A DNA stretch of 64,000 nucleotides from Octopus vulgaris (taxonomy: Eukaryota): the NCBI GenBank assembly GCA_951406725.2, contig OX597830.1, positions 15,500,001 to 15,564,000 on the forward strand, in the 5' to 3' direction. The translations under genes were made by a program, and so were the position numbers. Numbering within the stretch: the first letter of the stretch is position 1; the number at the start of each line of letters is the position of its first letter. Below are positions 53,590 to 64,000 of the stretch, one piece after another. Below the pieces are notes generated by a model. The model searched no databases and was not told the origin of the DNA. It worked only from the letters and a program-made list of their open reading frames with translations.

Positions 53590-54090
53590 GTGTATCAGAT
53601 TTTATTGCAAGCCGAAAACTTTCTCAAATTGCTTCACATCCCGATTTTCGCCGGATCGGATAATAATGTGAAGCTCGGAGTAACATTTTGCGGTTTTATT
53701 TTTCGCTTGCAATAAATGACCCACCACCGCCACCACATACACGCAACGAAACACGCAAACACACAGTACTCCGTCTCCCCCCCCATTCTCTCTCTCTCTC
53801 TCATAAATGGGGTTTTTTTTTTTGGTGCACGTGGAAGAGATGTTACTATTAGATTGTTGGTTTGCATGTCCTGTCTTGAGTTTTCCCAGGCATTTTGATG
53901 TATAGTTTTTAGTTGGCCGATAATCCCAAAATCTTCCTAACTCGTGTTTGTTACTGTAGAGAAGTTGCAGGTACATAGAAGGTACCTTCTCATCTAACTA
54001 TTATAAACATCCTCATAGTATATACTTACTTATTTTTGCGTCTGATTCCTGGACGACGGAGATTTTATCCACTTGGCACCAGCTGTATAT
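53590..54090. promoter_or_regulatory. CpG-retaining unique segment, candidate alternative promoter or 5' exon region of the minus-strand locus
   Basis: CpGs are locally abundant between CpG-poor flanks. E-box CACGTG near 53828. Minus donor TAA|GTAAGT at 54030. Strong minus acceptor ttcacag|A at 55083. Confidence 0.35.
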
Positions 54091-54315
54091 ATGTCTTAGT
54101 ATGTATGTTTACGTATATATGTATATATATATATATATGTTGCTGTATGTATGTATGTTTATATATGTGTTTGTGTGCGTATGTGTCTTTGATTATATGT
54201 GTATGTGCATATTTGTACCTGTATAAATATTTGATAATGATACGTGCACGCATTTATGTATGTATATGTAATATCAGTCTGCATGTGTGTCTATGTGTCG
54301 ATTATATGCAACCAT

Positions 54316-54574
<259 letters not shown>

Positions 54575-56759
54575 AGATATTTGTTGTGTATCGTGTTTGT
54601 ATGTGTATAGTTAAGAATATGTATGAAAATATGCTTGTGTTTATATGTACGTGTATATGTGTTTGTATGTATGTATATATATATATATATATATATATGT
54701 AATTGTGGATGCTTATGTTTAGCTAGTGTCTGCTGTCTTGGTGTAACCGTATTTGCCCAGGTTTTATTGCCAGTTGCACAGATTAAAATACAAGCATTTA
54801 CAACAACACATAAACATTAAAAAAAAAAAAAAAAAAAAAATGTTGTAATACCTGTCGTATAACCTGTCTTATTTATTTCTTGTGACGACCCGTATTTTTT
54901 TTCTCTTTCTCTCCCTTCTTGTGTCTGTCATGCATGTCTATAAACAACACACTGTTAGTTTTTAAAGTCTTGTATCTATCTACGTTGATTATAATTTCCC
55001 CCCCCACACACAATTCTTTCACTAAAAAATGCTCCTACATACACACATATCGTACGATTAGGAACTAACTGAAGGAACATACTCTGTGAAAAAAAAAAGA
55101 AGAAAAAAAAGAATGATAGAAAAAAGCAAAAAAAAAAAAAAAAAAACCGGGGTGCGGTTGGATACGTACACTTCCAGTCCTTCTCCTTCTCCTCCTCCTC
55201 TCTCTCTTTCTTTCTCTCTCTCTCACTCACATCTTCATTCCTTTCTCTTGTGCTTACAACATCTATACTTTCACTTTCATAACGTATATGGCTCCTTCCA
55301 AGCGTTTACACACACACGCATGTACATACACATACACGCACGCATGCACACACACATCCTCTCTGTCTTTCATATACACATACACACACGCACGCATGCA
55401 CACACACATCCTTTCTGTCTCTCATACACACACACACACACTTCTCAGCCGCATGTTCATTCATGCACACTAGCGACTCTCTTCCCCCCCCCCGCTCCCC
55501 GCACACATTCACGAAGTATATCCACTTTTTATGTTCAACACGCATACATACACACCTCCCTACTTCACTCACAACCCTTTAATAACAAACACGCACACAC
55601 ACACATACAACCTCTCTTCAAATAAACACACACTACCGTCTATTTGTACATACGCTTCTCCCTTTACAGCAGTGCATGTCCACACGCACACAATTTTCCA
55701 CAGCAGAGAAACCCTCTCAATAAAAACAATATACGTACTTTCCAGCATTTAAGTATATACATACATACATACACACACACGCGCGCTCGCCGCGCATTAT
55801 AAATATGTATAAATTGTGTTTGCACACACAGATGAGTGCAGTCACTCATCTCTCTTCCCCACCCTATACACATACACAATCCCCCCACCCCACCCATCAA
55901 ATTTTGTTTTTCATACCTTGTTCCCCCCCCCCTTCTAAATATTATATTATCACACATTCACACCCACACGTATTTATTCTCCCCTTTTGCTCTACCACTT
56001 TGCTGACACACCCTCTCCCCCTATTTCAAACATGATCATGCACTCCACTTCTATTTCTTCTTCTTCCCCTTTTTACACGCTTCCTTCATTAACTTTGCCT
56101 CCGTACACTTCCTTCTACCGGCTACTTCCTCACTAAAGAACCCTTCTTTCTTAACCTTCGAGTCTGCAGTCACTCCCCACACAGCTCGCTTTCCTTACTA
56201 CACGGCAATCCCCCATCTACACAGTTCTCTTTTTTTACCTTCTACACTGCAGACCCCAACCCAAACCCTGTACCGCTTTCTTCTTTACCCCATACACTGC
56301 AATCCTTGTTTACATAGCTCTCTTCCTGACCCAATCCCTGCATTGCTACCTCTCCTGCACTGCCCTCGTCCTTACTTCTTGACTATAAAATACCCCTCAA
56401 CACAGTTATCTTTGCCACCACAACACCCTGTTCCTTCCCTATACATGCACCTACACCACCATCTCTTCAATTAATCCTTTTTTTAATTTGTCAGGGCGGA
56501 CCACCCGATGCCCTTGAATCTTCTTAGGGGCCTCTGAGACTGATGGGAAGGAGGGACAAAGATATCCTCAAACTGAAGACCTAACCATTCTATACAAAGT
56601 AGACTCTGTACAAATGTATTACACCTACATATTGTAGCCCCTACAAACATCTTGTCTGTGCACCTTACTGTCTCTCTTTCCCTTGGCACACCTTGTTTCT
56701 TCCCATCCTCTTTGTCTCTCCCTTTCCCTGGGCACAACTCATCTCTTATTATTTAGTCA

Positions 56760-57085
56760 AGGCTGAGGTTGACTTTGCCTTTCATTCTTTCAGAGTTAAT
56801 GAAATAAGTACCAGTGGAGCGCTGGGGGTCGATCTAATCATCTAACCCCTTCCCCCAAATTTCAGGCCTTCTGCCTATTGTAGAAAGGATTATTTAGTCA
56901 AGGCAGCGAACTGGCAGAACTATTAGCACAATTTCAAACTGTCCCTACATTCCGAGTTCAAATTCCGCTACAGTCGACTTTGCCGTTCATCCTTTTGGGG
57001 TCCATGAATTAAGTACAAGTCAATCACTGGGGTCAATTTAATTGACTTACCCTCCTCCCCGCAAATTTCGGGCCTTGTACCTTAT
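56760..57085 (+). mobile_element. two tandem SINE B-related copies with the variant tail
   Basis: gactttgcc.ttcat.ctt...aagtac.agt..cactggggtc..aaatttc.ggcctt occurs twice. Confidence 0.7.
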
Positions 57086-57344
57086 GTCAATATATCTCAG
57101 TGTCTTTCAGCTCGTCTTATCTCTACATATTTTGGTCTTCCCCAAGAATTTTTACCTCTACATATTGTAGTCTTTCTCTACACACAAGTTTCTTCTTCAC
57201 TCTTGCCCTTCGAAGCATTCTCTTCCCTGATTCCATACTACACCCTGTCTCTGTGAGCATGTGAAGGGTACTGGTACAGCCCCTGTTCTTTCCTCTCAGC
57301 ACAGCAATTAAAAAAAAAAGTAAGAAAAATATCTCCCCTTTCTA

Positions 57345-57785
57345 GATGCAGCTGTGGCTGTGTGGTAAGAAGCTTGCTTCCAAACCACATGGTTCTAGGT
57401 TCAGTCCCACTGCAGGGCACCTTTGGCAAGTGTCTTTTACAATAGCCTTGAGCCGATGCATGTCTTGTGAGTGGATTTGGAAGACAGAAACTGAAAGAAG
57501 CCCATCATAAATACACACATATAACATATATATATATATATATATATATATCTATTTTGTCTGTGTATGTTTGTTTCCCCCAATAATGCTTCACAGTAAG
57601 TGTTGGTGTGTTAACATCCCCATAACTTAGCCATTCAGCAAAAGAGATCGATAGAATAAGTATCAGGCTTCAAAACAAAAAAAAAAAAGAAAAAGAAAAA
57701 AAATGCCAGGATTGATTCAATTGACTATAAATCCCCTTTTTGGTGGTGCCCCAGCATGGCCGCAGTCTAGCGACTGAAACAAGTC
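57345..57785 (+). mobile_element. SINE family A, CpG-decayed
   Basis: Head to tail match. Confidence 0.88.
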
Positions 57786-58449
57786 GCAGTGGATAAAAGA
57801 TTCTACAACACACCAGTTCCCCCAGCACCACCACCACCACCAGCAGCAGCATTGTAACTCTTACCCTCCTCAATACACAAGTCACACTTTCCTTCTCTAA
57901 CTCTCTTCCTTATTTTCCCCCCCCGCCTTTTCAACACATTTTAACACTTAAAACAAATTCATTCTTATTGCCACAAATACAATTTCCCTCGTTTCTATAC
58001 TCATTCCTTACATCATCTCTTCTCCAACACACACTACAGATATTCTTCCTCAACTCTCCAATTTCACACTCACTCTCTGCTTCCACACAATATTTTTACA
58101 GTTGTATATTTACTCATTCATATATACAAATATATATATATTTATATGTTTATTCACTTGTCTACCGTTTTTTTTTTGTTTTTTTTTTCCACTTTCAAAT
58201 GCTCTTTCTGACTTTTAGCAATCACGTTTTTTCCCTTCTTTCTTTCTGTCTTCTGTCTTCATTTTTTTCTTTCCTTACCTCCATCTTTTTTTTCCAATTT
58301 CTTCTTTTTCAACTTATTTACCTTTATTCTAAGATTCCATGGCTTTTCACGTTTTTTTTTAACCTCCCGTTAGTATTATATATCTGCCAGTTGTTTTTTC
58401 GCTGTATTCTTCTTTCACATGCGCATACTTATAAGAACTGAGATTTAAG

Positions 58450-58486
<37 letters not shown>

Positions 58487-58503
58487 AAGACTCATATATT
58501 TAT

Positions 58504-58673
58504 GTCTATTTATAGATGTTTGCATGTGTGTGTGTATAAATATGTGTGTGTATATATTTATATATATATATGTATATGTATATATATACACACACAGACA
58601 TATATACACATATATTTATATCTATTTATAGATGTTTGCATGTGTGTGTGTATAAATATGTGTGTATATATAC

Positions 58674-58715
<42 letters not shown>

Positions 58716-58784
58716 GTATATATATACACACACAGACATATATACACATATATTTATATCTATTTATAGATGTTTGTATGTGTG

Positions 58785-58790
<6 letters not shown>
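58504..58790. repeat. tandem duplication, ~115-140 bp unit, ~2.3 copies
   Basis: tctatttatagatgtttg recurs at about 58505, 58621 and 58759. Confidence 0.8.
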
Positions 58791-58819
<29 letters not shown>

Positions 58820-58971
58820 ATATTTATATCTACACATTTAAATGCATTTGTAGATGAATGTATATATATTTATACGTATAAGCAATATATGCATGTGTAT
58901 GTATGTATGTACACACATACACACACAAATATAAATATAAAACAAAAATATGAGTGTATATACATACATAC

Positions 58972-59012
<41 letters not shown>

Positions 59013-59769
59013 CATGCACAAACAAAATAAATATATATATATGCATACCTCTATATAAATATAAACAAATACAGAGTATGTGTGCATGCGTGTGTGTATA
59101 TATACGTGCATACATATATACACATGCACTCCTGTTTTTTTATATTAATTGTTAGCTATTGTGATATATATTTATTTATCTATTCTTCAACTCTTCATTG
59201 TATTTTTACATTCTGGCTCTGTTCATAGCCAATGCTCATTGTTATTTACAAAAGCTTTTTTTTTTCTTTTCTTTTCATTTCACTTCTTTTTTTTTGTGCG
59301 TGTGAGTGTGTGTATGTGTGAGTGTGTGTATGTGTGTGTGTGTGTGTGCATATTTATGTGTATATGCATATATGTATTTATATATGTGAATATATGTATA
59401 GATATGTCTACATAAATATATATATATATATATATACATATATATATTCCATAAATACAACTTTTTTGCTCATTTCTCAGTGTGTGTGTGTATGGATATA
59501 TATGTGTATTTAGGTGTGTACACTCATGTCGTGTGTGTGTGTGTGCCTTTTGGTAAAATATTTTGAACATTATTCTTCAAGAGACAATATTGTCAGTCAA
59601 TATTGTATCTACTTTTGAAAGTGAAACTACATCATACTGCTGATGATTTCTTCAAATTCCTCCAGTTCTTTATTCTAACTTCATGAAAAAAAACCCCCAC
59701 CTATTTGTTGCTGCTAACCAAAACACACTACTACCACCCACCCTGCGCCACCTCTCCCAGTTCTTTTAA

Positions 59770-59987
59770 CCCTTTTGTTACCATATTTCTGTTGAAATTA
59801 CATTGCCTTGGTTTCAAAAAATTTTGGAATAAGAAAGAATTTAGTAAAATAACTTTGTCGTTATTAAGCTAGTGTTTGGAACATGGAATTTTAAATGGAA
59901 GGTTTTTAATGTTCATCACTTTAAGAATGAAAAATTTGTATCATAGAGCTCAGCGGGGTTTCCCCAGGCTAGTTGGTATTAAAAGGG
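59770..59987. mobile_element. piggyBac-like MITE
   Basis: TTAA|CCCTTTTGTTACC ... GGTATTAAAAGGG|TTAA. Confidence 0.82.
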
Positions 59988-60494
59988 TTAAAAAAGAAGG
60001 GTACATGTGTCTACTACATAGTTGATTGTTGTTGGTACTAGTGTAGTTTAGTGTTGTTTAGACCCATGTCTGTTCAGTGACATTCCTCTCATGATACTTT
60101 CATGTTATTGTTCAGACTACTAAGCATATTTTGGACTACATTATCAAATATATGTCCTTCCTGTTTTAGAAGGTAGGATATGATTTCAGTGAGATTTGGC
60201 TGCTATTGGTGATGTGGACACTAAGATTGACTCTTGTTTATATGTCAAATGGTTCCATATACTGGCTCAGCGCCATCCAAAATGGCTCCTTCCTTCCTTG
60301 GGCCTCCCCATCTATTTATATACATGTGGCGTGTGTTGGACCCTTTGAATTGCCAAAGCCCATCCCTTTTCAGGTTTGGTCACAACTAATTTGTTCTGGT
60401 GAGGGAAAAATCAATGCCACTGCTGGTTTATCAAGACCAAAAGATGAATTTAATATCAGCAACATTGAGTTCAGAGACAAAGAATAACCATAGG

Positions 60495-61139
60495 TAATGC
60501 TTATCAACCAATTTTTACCTGTGGACCCCTTTGATTACTAGTTTGATTACCAGCCATTCAATGTTTAAAAACTTAGTTTTAAAAAGACTTCTTTCAAAAT
60601 CCCTATTTTGTTTTGTCATATTCACTTGTGTAGACTCCCTGAGGGAACATGGTTCAGTTACAGAAAGAAACCTAGCTGTTTTTTGCAAAGTTTTTCCATA
60701 GGCGCAGGAGTGGCTGTGTGGTAAGTAGCTTGCTTACCAACCACATAGTTCCAGGTTCAGTCCCACTGCGTGGCACCTTGGGCAAGTGTCTTCTACTATA
60801 TAGCCTCAGGCCGACCAAAGCCTTGTGAGTGGATTTGATAGAAAGAAGCCTGTTGTATATATGTATATATATATATGTTTGTGTGTCTGTGTTTGTCTCC
60901 CCAACATCGCTGGTGTGTTTACATTCCCGTGACTTAGCGGTTCGGCAAAAAGAGTCCGATAGAATAAGTACTAGGCTTACAAAGAATAAGTCCTGGGGTA
61001 GATTTGCTCGACTAAAGGCGGTGCTCCAGCATGGCCACAGTCAAATGACTGAAACAAGTAAAAGAGTAGGACCCTTGACATACTACTGTAGATCCCCAGA
61101 CTTTCCCCTTCCGATATGGACCCCAGGTGAGAACCACTG
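60495..61139. mobile_element. hAT-like MITE interrupted by a SINE A insertion
   Basis: Left part is the reverse complement of about 385-575 (tcaacca.ttttt..tggacccctttgattac; ctttcaaaat.cctattttgtttt). Right end is gtgagaaccactg. Confidence 0.7.
60701..61066 (+). mobile_element. SINE family A, full length
   Basis: ggcgcaggagtggctgtgtgg...gaaacaagtaaaagagta. Confidence 0.92.
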
Positions 61140-61206
61140 ACATCAAGCACTCTGTCCAGTTCTCTGCCTGTTAGCTACCCACAGTGATTATAGCATATTG
61201 AATTAT

Positions 61207-61358
61207 AAATTCCGCCGAGGTCGACTTTGCCTTTCATCCTTTCGGGGTTGATAAATTAAGTACCAGTAATGCACTGGGGTCGATGTAATCGACTTAATCC
61301 GTTTGTCTGTCCTTGTTTGTCCCCTCTGTGTTTAACCCCTCGTGGGTAGTAAAGAAAT
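61207..61358 (+). mobile_element. SINE family B, 5'-truncated
   Basis: aaattccgccgaggtcgactttgcc...gtgggtagtaaagaaata. Confidence 0.88.
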
Positions 61359-61755
61359 ATATAGCATATCGAATTAATTGATACTTTTTTTTTATGACCC
61401 CTTCATAGCTGATAAGCAAAAATCAACACCCGTGAAACCTGAACTTGGAGGGTCGATGTTAGACTGTGTGAATTTAAACTGAAATACTCTGCTGTTATTT
61501 CTGCCATGTCTTGTTTTGGCCTGTTTTTAAACGACTTTTGGTTAGTTGTCTTGTTAGGAGATAAATCAAAGAAGTCCTACCTTAACTGTGAGAAGTTGTC
61601 ACTGGTGCACGCGCGCGCACACACATGCACACACACACACACCTTGGTGTGGAGGAGTTCACTGATGCTGGCTGTTATAGTGATAAATAAGCACACAGAG
61701 CCAGCTGTTGTAGTCGCTGCTGAGCTGAATTAAACCAACACACAAACACAAATAC

Positions 61756-61791
<36 letters not shown>

Positions 61792-62894
61792 ATACATTGA
61801 CCACCTACTGGTAGTAGTAGTATTAGTAGTAGTGGTTGTAATGGTGGTTGCGATGACGGTTGTTGTGATGGCAACGACGAAGCTGGTGCTAACGGCGATA
61901 TGGGTGATGAAGGCGGAAATGATGTTACCGATAGATGTGGAGGTGGGTGTTTTTGTAGTGGTGGGGGAAGCGTTTGCTGACGATCATAGATTTTTTTTTG
62001 TTATTGTTTAACCCCCAGATCAGCCCTAATCGGTTAAATTTTTAATCTAAAGCATTCCAACCGTGACCATCCTGTTCTTTTTTTCTTTCTAACCTTGACG
62101 CACATCTGACAACGTTATCCAATATGCTTTTATGTTTCTTTTAAGCGGATACAATGTTTGAAAGAACTTTGAGTGTTATTTCTAGCAGATCAAATTACCA
62201 TGCAGAGGCTCCTTTTGACTCATGGCTGTTGTGATGGTAGTGTTGACCATTACCACCATTTTTAACCGGACATATGGTCAAGAACCATTCCAGTCGTGAT
62301 TATCACATTTTATTTTCCTTATCCTATATGAGTCTTTTGCTGTGGTGTGATTCGAAGAATATCTGGCTGCTATTTCTAGCACTTCGAGTGGCCCCATAAA
62401 GATTTGGTTGTAATGGTTGATGATGATGAAAGGAAGGATACTATAGTGATGTTTGTGGTCGTTAGTGAGTGAGTTTGTTTTGTTGGGATGCGATGTTGTG
62501 GCGGTGATGACGATGATGATGATGATGATAATTGTGGTTGTGGTAGTGTAGTGATATAGAAGTTATAGAGCTGTTGTTGATGATGATGATGATGATGATG
62601 ATGCATGTGGTGATGGTGGCGGCGGCGGTCATGTTATTCTTGGTGACAGTTATGTTGGTAGTGGTGGTGGTGATGATGGTGATGATGATGATGATGGTAG
62701 TCATGTTACATTCTGACCGTAGTAACGCTGGTGATGGTAGTTACTAATGGTAACGGTACGGACAGTCACAGATGTGCAGTGGTGGTGGCGGTGGGCGCGT
62801 GGTAGTGCAAGGTGACGCGCGGGATGGTGGTGAGGAGGAAGGAAAAGGAAGAAGAAAAAGAGAAAAAAACAGTGAGAAAGGGGGCGAAGGGAGA

Positions 62895-63190
62895 GAAAGA
62901 TGGGAGAGACTGAAAGAAAGAGGGGAGGACGGGAGAGAAGGATAGATAGGAGACAGAGAGAGGGATATGTAGGAGAGAGAGAGAGAGAGAGAGAGAACGT
63001 GGGGAGTCGGAGATGGGAGAAACTGAAAGAAAGAGAGGAGGACGGGAGAGAGAGAGATAGATAGGAGACAGAGAGAGAACGTGGGGAGTCGGAGATGGGA
63101 GAAACTGAAAGAAAGAGAGGAGGACGGGAGAGATAGAGATAGATAGGAGACAGAGAGAGAGGGAGAACGTGGGGAGTCGGAGATGGGAGT
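62895..63190. repeat. purine-rich minisatellite, ~80-95 bp unit, ~3.5 copies
   Basis: gagaacgtggggagtcggagatgggag recurs at about 62993, 63075 and 63163. Confidence 0.88.
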
Positions 63191-63476
63191 GCTGTGCAAA
63201 GCAGCCTCGATCTGGCGTGGCAGGAGGGAAAGACACAGAGAGAGAGAGTGAGAGAACAGCGTGTTGGAGGAAGAGAAAAAAGAGAGGGAGGGTGTATAGA
63301 GCGAATGAGCGAGCGAGCAAGAGATAGACAGAGACACAGAGAGAGACAGAGAGAGAGAGAGTGTGAGTGAGTGAGTGAGTGAGGGAGACGCTGGTGTCTC
63401 AAGTGGAGTACTAGAGAAGAAAAACGACGCTTCATCCAGCTCTCCTTCTCATGGCAGAAAACTATCGTAAACTTAC

Positions 63477-63630
63477 TTCAACTGGCTTGTGATGCAATCG
63501 TCACCAGATCGCCACACGTCATTTGCAGCGAGGAAACTTTTCACTCAATATTCCAATCACTTTGAGAATTGGAATTTTAATTCCTGGTACGTGTGTGTGT
63601 AGTGTGTTGTCGATGGTGCTGCGGCACCCC
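63477..63630 (-). other. candidate upstream non-coding exon of the minus-strand locus (5' boundary uncertain)
   Basis: Consensus donor GAA|GTAAGT (plus-strand ACTTAC 63471-63476) in CpG-retaining unique sequence. Confidence 0.4.
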
Positions 63631-64000
63631 CTCACTCTCTTGCTGTCTCTCTTTTTCCCTCTCTCTCTCTCTCTCTCCTTCACTCTCTTTCTGTCTCTGT
63701 CTCTCCTTCACTCCCTCTCTGTCTCTCTCTCTCTCTCCTTCACTCTCTTTCTGTCTCTGTCTCTCTCCTTCTGTCCCTCTCTGTCTCTCTCTATCTCCTT
63801 CACTCCCTCTCTGTCTCTCACACACTCTTATATCAATCTATCACACTCTCCTAACTCCCTCCCTCCCTGTCTCCACACGTTCTTGCATCTATCGCTCTCA
63901 CACTCATCTATATATATACATATATATGTATGTATATATACGTATATGTATATTAATCTCAAGTGTTTCACGTATATATATATCGATTTCTTTTATCTCT

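Noticed and set aside
62895-63190. Regularly spaced ~27-bp repeats resembling a CRISPR array
   Set aside because: The spacers are themselves near-identical, there are no cas genes, and the context is eukaryotic.
62701-63435. Three overlapping 184-244 aa repetitive ORFs
   Set aside because: Open in all three minus frames because of the purine-rich minisatellite.

Overview
AT-rich, microsatellite-saturated animal genomic DNA. The repeat landscape strongly suggests an octopus (inference). Most of the window is intronic or intergenic. It holds at least four tRNA-derived SINE families, several MITE classes (hAT-, piggyBac- and Merlin-like), a deleted mariner, a non-autonomous Helitron and decayed CR1, L1/Tx1, RTE and Penelope remnants. 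Nearly all ORFs in the supplied track are microsatellite artefacts. The unique sequence carries splice signals for a minus-strand locus with several promoters. Candidate non-coding 5' exons lie near 63.5, 55, 54 and 51.8 kb, with a 68-codon first coding exon at 32607-32403 and a second phase-1 start exon at 18545-18533. A CpG-rich CArG/CRE/E-box/CCAAT module of immediate-early-gene type lies at 18.06-18.41 kb. The gene cannot be named from this window. The most unusual signals are: (i) multiple minimal type I hammerhead-ribozyme motifs, including a repeated non-canonical CUGUAGA core, in short elements abutting (TA)n; (ii) a CpG-decay (methylation) domain visible by comparing SINE copies; and (iii) several long fold-back palindromes.
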